Origin: Paragordius varius
Taxonomy: Eukaryota > Animalia > Nematomorpha
NCBI GenBank assembly: GCA_964247055.1
Contig: OZ176054.1
Location: forward strand, 5,394,001-5,458,000
DNA: 64,000 nucleotides
Reading direction: 5' to 3'
The notes beneath the pieces are model-generated. The model did not search any database, was not told where the DNA came from, and saw nothing but the letters and a program-made list of their open reading frames with translations. A program made the translations under genes and the position numbers. Positions 52,001 through 64,000 of the stretch are shown piece after piece. Each line of letters opens with the position of its first letter. Position 1 is the first letter of the stretch.

Positions 52001-55000
52001 TAACTTTATTACATTACAGAATCGTAATGACGCAACATTTTAAATGTTAATATAATTCCCACTATTTTTTATTTAGAGCATACAAACCGAATTGATGAAA
52101 TCTTTGGGAACGTATATGATGCACACAGTCATAATTCCGCAAAATATTTTGTTGAAAATTCATGCGTCCCAAATTACATCAGCCGCAACTAATACACATA
52201 ATTTGCCTTTAACAGTGAACCTTGAATCATCAAGCAAGAACACTGGTAAAATTAGTACCCCTGAAAGCGAAAATGGAGCCAAAAATAGTTGCAATACTAT
52301 GCCTATAAAACCATCAGTTTGGTGTTTGAGCTATAAACATGTTACTGCCATTTTAAGGTTACTTTTCGTTTTTTTGGCTAGCTAAGAAAAAAATTTATCC
52401 ATTTGATAACCTAGTTTTATTTATGATCGTTAGAAATTGTTCATCATCAAACGATCCTGAATGTCGACGGGTTATGGTTAATTTTAAATGTGACACATCA
52501 AATATCGCAACCGAAAGTTCCAAAGAAAATACCAAGAGGGAAGAAATTAATATGCCGATAGCTCAAAGTACAACAACAGTTACCACTCCTACTCGGAGAA
52601 GTTTTTCTCGAAAACTTATGGGCACTTTGGGTGGTCGAAGCGATAACAACAAAGATGGTACATTTTGATGTTTTACGAATTTACATAAACCAAATAATAT
52701 TTTGAAAATTGAATCTATTATATTTTATTACTTGTTATAACTTTTATCAGTGTTGTTACTGCAAAGAGCTATATTATTGCATTGGCGGTCCAAATTTTTT
52801 TTACATAAACATGAATAATCTCTTCGCTTATTCTCGCTTAAATTATGCATTATTAAAAATATATGCAAGGGGGAAGGAAAGATATTTTACTTGCGTACAC
52901 ACATCTATTGCTATTCGCCAATTAAAATATTTTTTTAGGCCAAAACAAATCTCATCATATTACATCTAATGATACAGTTTAATTCCTTTTAATCATTATG
53001 TTTCACGAAACATTTTCTGTCACAGATTCTGTCAAAAGAAAAAGCGGAAAAAACATATCCGATATCGAAGTACATTTAGTCAATTTGCTTGTTGAGACGT
53101 GTTTGATAGCCTTACAGATTCAGGATTGTGATAATAAATGTATTGAGAATATCATGTGTGCCTTAAGAAATTTGTGTTATCAATTACCGCTATCTCTGGC
53201 CATACTTACGCCAAAATTAACCGAAAAAAATTTAATGACTAATAATAGTAATAATAGCTTAATGTACCGTTCCAATAGTTTTAGCAAAGGACCTGAAAAA
53301 AACAGCAAAAAATTCACCCTAAATACTTCAATCAAGTCTCGAGGTTTAAAATTAATGTAGTAAAAAATTTGTGACACAACAAAATTTTTTATTTTTGAAA
53401 CATCATAAAGATTATATTTCGATGCTTATTTGGTTAAAAACTATTCTTTTAACCTAATTCCCAATTAAAATTAAGCTAAACAATTTCACTTTTTAAAATG
53501 ATGTATACAGCAAAATCTGCTACCCGAGGTACACCTACGAACGAAATAGAAAACAATACCATTACCAATACTAACGTATTGTGGAAAATTGATCAAAAAC
53601 ATCCGAAAAAGAAAATTAAAGACAAATGGGTAAAGACTGAAAAAAATGAAAATTTAATGGAAGAATGTCCAGATGATGGGACACCTTCAACATCATCCAC
53701 AAATACAAGCCTCACATCTAACTCCAAACAGCAAAGTTTGTTCACTTTTTTATATAATACAGCATATTTATATTTTAGTTAATTTTGTAGGTGGTGTTAT
53801 ACAAAATTTAAATATAGCTTGGATTTAAGGTATCTTAAATTAAATTGTTTTTTCAGGGAAATAACTGAAATTAAACGTTTACCTAATCTATATCTATATA
53901 GGTTATCTAGTCAAAATAGGTTTGTATACATACCTTTTTAATTTTGTTGAAATCGTGCAATTTATTTTTTAGCCATTTTAGGTAATAATTTATATAAATG
54001 GGGTATTTTAATTCAAAATTATTTTTTTTATATATCGAAAACATTGATCGAATATAAAAATTACAATTTTTTTTAAATTCTTGAATATTAATAATCTAGA
54101 TCGAAAAAATAAATACGGAGAAACAGACAAAGAAGAGTGTGAGAAAATAGCGCTTTTACCAAATTGTGCAAGTATATTATATATTTTTTAAACACTATAA
54201 AACAAGGTTAAAACCATGGTTTTTACATTGATATTTTAAGATACCACAGAAATGAATGGTAATGTTCAACATTGTCGTTCCGTGTCTTTGACTCATAACA
54301 CCGATATCAGCAATACTCTTTTGTGTGCAATGCAATTTCGTCCTTGTGTTTTAGCTTCACAAACTACTTTATCTACACAAACATGGTGTAATGGAACTAA
54401 TCCAACCAAAAATATCGGTATATCTGTGATCTAAATTTGCTGTTGATCATGATATCTAAGAAATTAAAATAATACATAATTTTAATCAAAAACACTAATA
54501 TATACATTATTTCAAAAAAACAGTAAAATTTAAAAGTTTTCATGAGTCAGTAAACCTTGGGTATAAAGTCATATTTAAACCAAAACAAAATGTTTTATAT
54601 CATTTTTGTCTGTTTAATTTTAGGCCAACCTGCAAACTCATCAATGTTGCAATCGAGTAATCGTTTACCCATGCATTCATTTGCTTTGGGCGTTTGTTTA
54701 GGACTTCTTCGGGAATGCGCTAACCCCTGTACCCTTGAAGCCGCCGCTGGGTCCTTACAAAATTTAGCGGCATATTTGTTTTGGAAGGTTTTTTTCCCAT
54801 CAATTCATAATTTAATTTTAATGACTTCTTTATTCCATTATTCGGTTAATTTGAATATTAAAATAATACTTTATTTAAGAGCAAAAAGTAGTTTTTGTTT
54901 GTTAATATTACTTTCGCATAATTAAGATTTGTTTTTATTATTCATTAATATGTTTAAAATTAATTTCATAATAATGCATTCGCAAAATATTTTAAATAAG

Positions 55001-57553
55001 TATTTGGTGGTATTACAAACCTTGCTTATTAAATTACTTATTAGCTTAATTTATGGTATATCGATTTTTTCATGATTAAACTGGTTATACCAATGTACCA
55101 TTATACCTATTATAGCCATCTATTGATATCCGTATGGCTGTACGAAAAGAAAAGGGTCTGCCTATCCTCGTTGAATTGTTAAAATTGGATCATTTAAGTC
55201 AACAAAAACAAATTAATGAAAGTGGAATTATAAACCCCGAAGATAGTAGTCAAACACCTTCATCAAATAATAGTAGTTTATCACAGAATGCGAATCCACA
55301 TTTCACAAGTACGCAAGCTATTGTCGTCAGTGTTTTAATGGCGCTAAGGAATTTAGCCTTGGATGAAAGGAATAAAGAACTTATAGGTATCAACTTGATG
55401 GTGATCGAAATAAACTTAGCTCGCAATTTATGTGTTATCAGACTTGTTAAATGGTTAAAAATGTGTATTAATTATCAGACTTTTATTTGATTATTTTGTA
55501 TATAAAACAAATTCATAAGTTTTTAAACTTTCGATATTTGCTTTTTAACTGGTTTTAACTATACATATATTTAATATATATAAATTATGAAATATAATAT
55601 CGTTTTTAATCTGATATTTTATATATATGCCATTTTAAAATTAGTAACTAATAATTTTAATATTATGGTACAAAATATTACATGTGTAAATTAATATTTT
55701 CATGCTTTTACCATGCTTTAGGCAAATATGCTTTAGCTGATTTAGTAGAAAAGTTACCTGATCCATCGTTAGTGACAAATTTTCAAAATATTTTGGTCAA
55801 GGACAGCCATGATCCTAACAAAACACACTCCACCAAGCGATTAAATTACTTTTTTAACGAAGCAAAAATTTGTGGCTTGTTAGCCGTTTTGCATCAAATC
55901 ACAAAGGATTCACCCGAATTTGCATTGTAACTTTTGATTAATATTTATTTTGAATTTCATTGTATATAAAAAATATATTTTGAACACATTTACAAAATTA
56001 GATCATTCCTCCATCTTCAAGGCATTGATAAATTAATGTTTTTAATCGGAAATTATGAGACTTTAAATCCAAATTCCCTTAGAAATAATTCGATTCATGC
56101 CCAAGGGAATTCTAATGCCTACCTTTACACATTTAGCACTTTGCCAAAACCTATTAAATATGCTTATCAGGTAGTCCCATATTTTTTAGCATAACCGCTC
56201 TTATATCCAAAATATATCTAATACGAAACACAAAATATTCTCAAAATAATTTTTTTATTGCTTAATATGATATTTTTCTTATGATTAAGATTTTTAAAAT
56301 TCGTTATAACGATTTAGGCATATATTTTGAATTTAAATTTATACCAATTTAAGACAAATTTTACCAAAGACGACAAATGTTTAGAATCAATTAATTAAAT
56401 AGAGAAGTGTATTTATATTATCTAAAAGCTTTTTTCTACCGTTTTTACCATGCTCCGACAGATAAACATGGTTTTATTTAAATTAAATATTTTGCAGAGC
56501 ATGATAATATTTTTTAATGTCATATATATGAATTCATCTTATCACAAAATCTCCCCATTAATTTTTAAAAACTAGGCCATTTTAAGGGGCGTTAAAAATT
56601 AGAAACTTCGTACCCACATATAAACCATATTTATTTAGCTTGTTTGCGTTTTTTGATAAGGAGTAATTGATACAAAAGTGTAAATTTTTTTATCTTTTGT
56701 GAGACCTATAAAAAACACCATGATAATCTTACATTTATCAAACAGAATAGGTATTTTTCATTGGGATACTTTTTCACGCTCCCAAATGTTGTACAAAATG
56801 TATAGTTTATTTAAAATAGAATTGATTACAACATCTATTTGAGTTTTATCATAATTATTAGCGTTGAATATTCCGAATAATCTATATTAAATTCATTAAT
56901 ATAGATTTTGGAATCTCTTTGGGCTCACAAAAGCTTACGTGACACCTATTGCAAGTCTGGCTGGAAACCAGAAAATTTCACTTTGCCCCCTTCATTGCAA
57001 CCATCATTTTATCGCGACACCAACACGTAATTAACACTATCTAAATTTTAAGGATATTATCTATTTGAAAATGTTCTGATATCCACTTATATATTTTAAT
57101 ATTTTGTTAAAAATAGAAAGAAATCAGGTAACAACAACGGCATAAACACCTTAAACCGACCTTTGGAATCTCTCTCTATTAACAGCAATAGCTCAGTCCC
57201 ACAGGTAACCCTTATTGTTATTAAAAATATTTTTATTTTGGTAATAAAACCTCACCATGATCAATACAAATTTGTTGTATATTATGTATTAGTCAAAAGC
57301 TAATGGACAAATTAGGCAAGCTAATGAATGCACAAAATATGGCACCGACAAGCAAAATACGAGAAATCCCAAAATTACACCCAAAGATTTTGAAAATGAA
57401 TCCAACACTTTGTACACGGCTGTAAATAAAACTACACTTCCTAATGGCATTGATAAAAAGCTTTCCAACGGTCATGCTAAATTGTTAAATCAAGAAAATT
57501 TGGCAGAATATAAGCACAATTCTTTGTTGAATATAACTGATTCATGGGTTTGA
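46055..57553 (+). CDS. Delta-catenin / p0071 (PKP4) / ARVCF-like armadillo protein (p120-catenin family), multi-exon
   Basis: ARM motifs WRDPDLNDLIEYL (51121), [103 protein letters not shown]. C-terminus ...TDSWV* (TGA 57551-57553). The start at 46055 is tentative; upstream exons are possible. Confidence 0.88.
47450..47684. repeat. Degenerate intronic foldback (old MITE-like)
   Basis: AAAGCTATCGATGGCCATTTCGGTTTTTAATTGGCTAAA versus the reverse complement of TTATCCGATTAAAATACCGAATGGCCAATGATAGCTATCG. Arms extend to roughly 85 bp. Confidence 0.6.
48708..48869. mobile_element. 162-bp Tc1/mariner-type MITE with perfect 46-bp TIRs and TA TSD
   Basis: TA|CAGTGGCGTATGCAGTAAAAGATTGTTAGTGCAAAATAATCTTAAT (48708-48753) and its exact reverse complement (48824-48869)|TA. 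Confidence 0.92.
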
Positions 57554-59040
57554 AAGATTCTGATTTAAGAATTCGCAATAAATTGGATGGATTGCATTTA
57601 ATTTTCTACGTTTTTTATAACCCTTTTTATATCTTTGTTTTATAACGTTTTTATGTCCCCCATCCATTTGTCAATGTGTTATGATACAAGTTGCAATGAT
57701 AGTAATCACCAAAAAATTTGTCAGTTATTTATCCATCATAGCAATTAATAAATTAATATATATACATATAAATAACGTTATAGATTTACATCTAAATATT
57801 GTATTAGTTTTACCAAAAAGTAATTACTCCATATCGAAAAATCATTATGCTAAAAATAAAATTTTTTGTGAAAGCTGAATGCTTCGTTTTAAAATAATTA
57901 CACTGCTCAACAAGGTTTTGCACCACCCCATTATTTTTGCATTTTCTGATACCTAATGGCATGGATAGGCCAAAACAAAAAAGAAAATTGAGGCCACCAA
58001 TAAGATTTTTCCAAAATTTAATTTTTAAATTTGTATTTAATTCAAAAATAACAATCATTCCTCGTGTACATATGTTTAAATATTCAAACAAGCAAGTCGA
58101 TACAAGTAATTTTTCATGCATGGATAACAAATTCTAGGCATTAAATAAGATACTAAACAAGCTAAGAGCCAAAGTATTAAAAATCTAAAAGGGCTTGCTT
58201 AGTATAGTGTGATAGATCCGGGCGGTTGCACAAGCTCTGCATATCCCTCAAGCGATCCTATAATAATGCCAGATGTGGCAAAGATAACAATAAGTAATCG
58301 TAAAGTCCGATAAGAGAGATTTGCGAGCAAAATCTCCAGGCAAATTGACATGTTAAATTAACCAATTTACAGAGTAAAGTTAGATAAATTCTACAATTAA
58401 ATTGAATATAAATTAGGTAAATACAAATGGTCCAACCCCATAACAGTAAATTCTACTAAAAGTGGCTACACAACATCCATCTGAAATTCAAAATACACAA
58501 CAACCAATAATTTTAAAAAAATAAGGTATATCCACTAGGTATAAATAAAGGATTTTTTATAAGAACCAACTCACGAGAAAAAGTCTATACTCGAAAGAAC
58601 GAAAACTAACAAAAAAATATAGCCTATCTGAAAGCCGAAGGTTTAAACCATAGAATGCCTTTTTTAGTATTTTTTAAAAAATTTTTATATGTGTTAAAAA
58701 TTCACTTGAAAAAAAAGACTAAATTTTGACGTTTAAGTCCGTACTATTTTTTTCTCTCTGATATTTAAATGACATATTTATATTCAAAAGATAGAGTTTA
58801 AAACGCTTTATTAAATGATATTAAGTTTATAATATAATAACATTTTATTATAAAGTTATATTTAATTTTCTCTCGATTTTCACCTGTTTTTGAAAAATTG
58901 AAAAACCTATAAAATTTCGAAATTCTGATTGGCGGGATTAAAATTTTTTTCAAATTCGGTTTTAAAACACTGAACTTACTCATAATTTAAAAAGTTTGAG
59001 TGGTGGTGCTCAAAAATGTCCAAATTTGTCGACTAGTGTT

Positions 59041-59046
59041 ATATAT

Positions 59047-59081
<35 letters not shown>

Positions 59082-59088
59082 ATATATA
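59041..59088. repeat. Interrupted (AT)n microsatellite
   Basis: AT run with two G interruptions. Confidence 0.9.
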
Positions 59089-59779
59089 GGACAAAACAAA
59101 ATTTTATAAAATTTTTAGATATGAGCTCCGAGTCTCAAATTTTTGGCCAAAAATAGGCTAATTTTTTGAAATGAACGCAAAAATGCCTATATTGCACAAT
59201 AAAAATTTTTTTAATGTATGCTGAATTTTGACATCAAAATTTTTTTCCCGAAAAACAAAGGTGGATCGATTTTTATCGTATTTTGGAATCTGGAATGTTT
59301 TTCTGGCGCCCGGTGCAGGAATCCTTAATGGCGCCCCCTGCCCTCCACGCAACTCCTATTTTAAAAAAATATTGTATGGATATTGTCGAAAAATATTGAG
59401 CGCCGTTGTTAGGCAGATGTGTTGTTAAATTATTATTTCTAAAAAGATTGCGTCCCATTTGTTGGGCAAAGGTTTTGTTAGATTATTATCTATAAAAAAA
59501 TAAATTTTGATATTCAAAATCAGTGAATTTATTATTGGGTACATTTGAAATGTTCAAGAGTGAATTTTATTATGGGGAATCATAATTTTATAATAAATTT
59601 GTGTAAATAAAATATGATTTCTTTAAAAAAAAGATACCTAAAATAATGAGTGATCTGTATATAAGCATTTGTTAAACACACTTGTATCAACACGGGCAAT
59701 TTTATTTAGGGACAAATACTTATATTATTGAAGGTAATGTAATTTGATTTTTGAATAGTAATTCTTTATATTTGGAAAT

Positions 59780-60400
59780 ACTTATATTAGCATGGTAATA
59801 TTATTTTATTATTGAAAAAGGCAATAGTTGGAAATGCTTATAGGTAAATAGGCCGTTAAAAGGTATGGTTTATTGTAATTAAGCATATTAGCACGGGTAA
59901 TATAATTTGATTGTTGAAAAGTCTACGTTTGTTATAAAATAATATATTAGCATGGGTAACACAATTTGACTTTGAAAATAGTACTTATTTTCGCATGGAA
60001 ATTATAATTTGATTGTTGAAAATAATCATAGCATGGGGAATATAATTTAATTATTAATACGTGGAAAATTTAAATATTGGCATGGTAATATAATTTTGTT
60101 GAAAAGGGATGATTGATTGTGAAATTTGGAGTATAGATAATATAATTTGATTGTTAAAGATGGATGGTAAATTGTTTAAAATATTTATTTTAGCATGGTG
60201 GTTCGATTAAAAATTATATCATTTTAAATTTATTATAATATTGTCAAGTAATTGTTGGAAATACTCATAACATGGGTAATTAGATTAAAATTATTTAGCA
60301 TGGGAAATATAATTCGATGGTTGAAAAGTACGATGCTGAATATACTTATATTGTTGGGTAATGTGATGATTGATTGTTAAAAATACTTATGTATCAATTA
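59780..60400. repeat. Degenerate minisatellite, core AGCATGGGTAATATAATTTGATTGTTGAAAA
   Basis: About ten imperfect copies at irregular spacing, e.g. ~59789, 59889, 59949, 59992, 60029, 60079, 60191, 60297. Confidence 0.65.
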
Positions 60401-60631
60401 TATAATTTGACAATTAAAAGTCTATGAGTAAGTATAAACTTAAAGCGCTGAAATTGCGCTATAAAAAATTTTCAAGCTATAATAATGAGTAAAAATTTCA
60501 AAAAATGGATAATTTGTTCAAAATTAATTTTTAGCAAAATTTTGTTGAAGTGTATTTTATGGCATATTGAATAAGGGAAACGGTATAATAGTATTTCTGT
60601 ATAATTCATTGATGTTATCCAACCTTAGGTT

Positions 60632-61352
60632 GATGATTAAAAAACATGTTCATCGGGCGGCTCTTACAATTTTTTATGCAATATACGAAAATATTGGAGA
60701 GTACGGGTAATTTAACCTCCTTTGCAGTCAAAACTTGGTGTTTGATATGACTAATTCGGTTGGCGTTTACAATAATTTAATTCAATATATACCGTTTCGA
60801 TAACATGTTATTTCTTACGGAATAAAATTTATAATTTGTAACAAATGAAATTTGTTTTTTTTATATTTGATTATTTGATAACATTGAAAATAACGCCAAA
60901 ATCCCATTTTTTGTCACTATATTATTTTTAAGTAAAAATTTATTAAATTATCATAAAGGTCAAGTCTAACCGGTTATAGATGGATTTATGACAGTTAATG
61001 ATTGATAATAAAAATAAGCAGCAATTTTTGATAGTTTATCATGCGATATTAGAACAATTATAATTATTCTTTTTATATATAATAAATTGAATACCTTTTG
61101 TTGTATCAACGAAAACTGCACATATGATATCAGATCGGTTTTATTTTGACCGATAAATAAATCAACCGTACTCATCATAATTTTATTTTTAACAAAGATT
61201 AATATATTCGTTTCGAAACTTCATTTTATAAATGCCTGTGTATGTGATACATAATTCATTAATTTTTAGACTCCTATTGTAATGCAAGAGTGCTATTTGA
61301 TATGTCGGTATTATAACTTTATAAACTTTAAATAAGTTACGCCGGTTGAAAA
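60632..61352 (+). CDS. Possible small multi-exon gene of unknown function
   Basis: MIKKHVHRAALTIFYAIYENIGEYG | 21-nt GT-AG intron | QNLVFDMTNSVGVYNNLIQYIP ... SSLTGYRWIYD | 25-nt intron | TAIFDSLSCDIRTIIIILFIYNKLNTFCCINENCTYDIRS. One donor is weak, the 3' end is uncertain, and no homolog was recognised. Confidence 0.25.
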
Positions 61353-61655
61353 ATATCATCTACGAACAAGTTATATATTTGAAGAGGTAAATTAGATAAA
61401 ATGTTGTGCCTCTGATTTGACACATATAATTGTTCAAATCAACTAAGATCTTAATAACACAAAATAAAATGATTTGGAAAAAAAGTAAATCGACTCCACA
61501 AATGCTATTCAAATTAAAATAATTATTACAATACAAATATTACCAATTAAAATTATATCCATTAATAACCAAAGCATATATCATGGTATTTATAATTGCA
61601 ACAAAACTATAATAAATTCGTAAGTCTAACCTAATTAATGTAAATTAATCGCATA

Positions 61656-63729
61656 TTAATCCTCATCGTCATCCAATTTTTGTTTTTTGGCTGGTGATTT
61701 TTTAATAGTTTGTTGATTCTTAATTTGCTCTTGGTCTTGATAAGATTGGGCAATCTAGAAATTTTAAAGTTAGTACCGATTTATATAATTTGTCGCAAAA
61801 ATAGTAATTTCAAAGTTTTAAATGAAATTTTTTACTTGAGCAGCAGTAGTGGCCTGTTCTGCAGATTTATCATCTCGAAGTTTAATGTATCTGGGAAAGC
61901 GTAATGAAATACCTTTAAAATCATCAACCTAAATGAAAATAAATAATTAAATTTATATAATAGCAAACTCCTTCTCCCATTCCATATTTAATATTACTAC
62001 CATAATCATAAATAAAAACCTATTGGCTAAATATCAAATGACAAATAATATTCATAAATGTTAATGAATTAATAAAGGGGATAATAAATCATTTATAAAA
62101 ACAATCTAACACTAGTTGACAAACCAAAAATATATCATCATACTTTTGATTAGCGTATTCAGTAGTGAATATCTAATTTTTTATTCTACAAACACACTAT
62201 TGAAAGCATATTCAATCATTCCCAATAAAAAATATACCCAAATATTTTTATTGGCATATTTTCATAAAAAAAATTGCATTTTCAAATTAATCTAACGCAT
62301 GTGGCAAAAAATCGTAATCAATTATAACTTACGATTCCTATAGCCGCTTTGTGGATAGGTGAAAGCGAAAGATCCGCAGCTTTAACCTCACAAACCAACA
62401 CAGGATCAAACCAAACATCAGGTCCCCCAACTATAAATAAATACAGCAAAAATTTAAATTATAAATACAAAGCCTGAAATCTTAATGACAAATTATTTTT
62501 TTAAAAAAACGTACATTAAACCTTAACATTTTAATGTAAAATATCGTTTTGGAATAGGAATTGAATGGAAAATGTAAATTAACACTCTCAATTACATTCA
62601 AGATTTTACCATTTAGGTTATGTAAAAAAATAAATTTAAAAAATATACTTTCGTCTTTAAAATATATGTCTTTTCGTTCTTAAGTTTCATCTTTATAATT
62701 ATAACTTATACTGTAATAATATATTTAAATATCCAAAATTTTCGGCAAAATATTAACTTTTAATCGACAATTAATGATACCATTTGATCCATCGATCCCA
62801 TTGTAACCACTTACATAGTAAGATTTTGGACCCGCAATTATGTGCGGCTTTAATTTATCTCTCAATTCTTCTAAATCGGCATCTTTGAACCCGGTCCCAA
62901 GCTATTTGTACAAATTATATGTTTTATAGATTTTTTTGTGTTAATGCACTTGAGTGCCTCATAAAAAATAAAAGTATATGTTATAAATAAATATTTATTA
63001 ATTTAATGATATAAACGGGATAATATATATATATTTTAAAAAAATGAAACAGTAAACTAGTCAGAATGTTTTTAGTGTCAATATATATATATATATATAT
63101 AATCGTATAATAAATTATGTTTGTATTATAACATTAAAATATTATTTTTGGACTTTAATTCTTATTAGAGAAACATTTTATCATACTATGTAGAATTGGA
63201 ATAAGCCTGTTTTCACAGGCATACCATGTTCATCGTAAAGAGAAACGTTGTTTTGATTTATGGACTTTTTACTAAATTCTTATGGTTTTCAATGCAGAAG
63301 AAAACAAAAATAGATTTATTTGAAAATTAGTATATTCAAGTTTCGTATTACACATTTATGAACCAATTTTAGTATGGGGACATATTTCCAACTATTAAAA
63401 AAATTGTAATTAGAGTGGATGGTATTACTATTTTGGTAACATAGATAGATTTTACATACTTTCTGGTCCTTATAAAAAAACTCATAAATTAGCGATTAGC
63501 TTTTAATTAATTATTGGGTACTTGATCCCTAAACATACGAAAAAAAAGTATTCCTTAAGATTTTTTAGAGAATTACCTTACAAATACTTTGATATTGTTC
63601 ATTGGCATCATCATAACAGGCGAGCAATAAGCCTCCATAAACTCCGGTTCTTTTACCTTGCCCTTGATAAGCCCCAATGATAACCAAATCAAATGTGTCG
63701 CCAGTACTGTCAATATAATCCTTTTTTAA
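61656..63729 (-). CDS. LIG1: DNA ligase 1, 3' exons (the gene presumably continues beyond the window end)
   Basis: [40 protein letters not shown]...ICK (63577-63729), [10 protein letters not shown] (from 62901), [54 protein letters not shown], ...DDDED* (TAA 61656-61658). Confidence 0.95.
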
Positions 63730-64000
63730 CTAAAACGATTGGGAAATATATATATATATATTATAAAATAAGTTTGCACAAAAAAATTCACAAAAAATAT
63801 TATTTGTCTAATCATTAGGTATTATTAATTAAAACCATTTTAGGTGCAAAAAATATGCACAAAATATATTATATTTAAACATAAAATAGTTATAAGATAT
63901 TAATATATATAAATTAATTGCATTACGAGGAAAATAAAGTTTTATGATGACAAATATCAAAAAAAATCGTTTTTCCAAAAACCAATAAAAGGATTAACCG

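Noticed and set aside
58150-58620. Possible small hydrophobic minus-strand gene
   Set aside because: Several incompatible frames and splice models fit equally well and no family was recognised; needs RNA evidence.
58990-59350. Possible further Helitron 3' end (GACTAGT ~59031) and a GGCGCC-rich MITE-like patch
   Set aside because: Only a weak stem, and no matching opposite terminus or TSD found.

Overview
AT-rich eukaryotic, almost certainly animal, genomic DNA; a delta-catenin-family gene with spliceosomal GT-AG introns is present. About 22.6 kb (712-23279) is a tandem array that reads as one amplified non-autonomous Helitron. It has 25 copies of a TC 5' terminus, a single hairpin+CTAG 3' terminus, and an A|T insertion site with no duplication. 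The array has layered higher-order structure (478/576-bp monomers, ~1.05-kb dimers, 3.8-4.2-kb blocks). Next is a compact gene cluster: a small heat-shock protein (+), a USP22/27/51-like deubiquitinase (-) with 20-40-nt micro-introns, and an intronless SAC3/GANP-domain gene (+) whose ATG is 22 nt from the USP22 ATG. A transposon-rich zone follows (related Helitrons, a decayed Buster/SPIN-type hAT with an 8-bp TSD, TTAA- and TA-flanked MITEs), then a multi-exon delta-catenin/p0071-like gene and the 3' part of DNA ligase 1 (-). Protein identities come from remembered family motifs, not database searches. Exon boundaries were read by eye.
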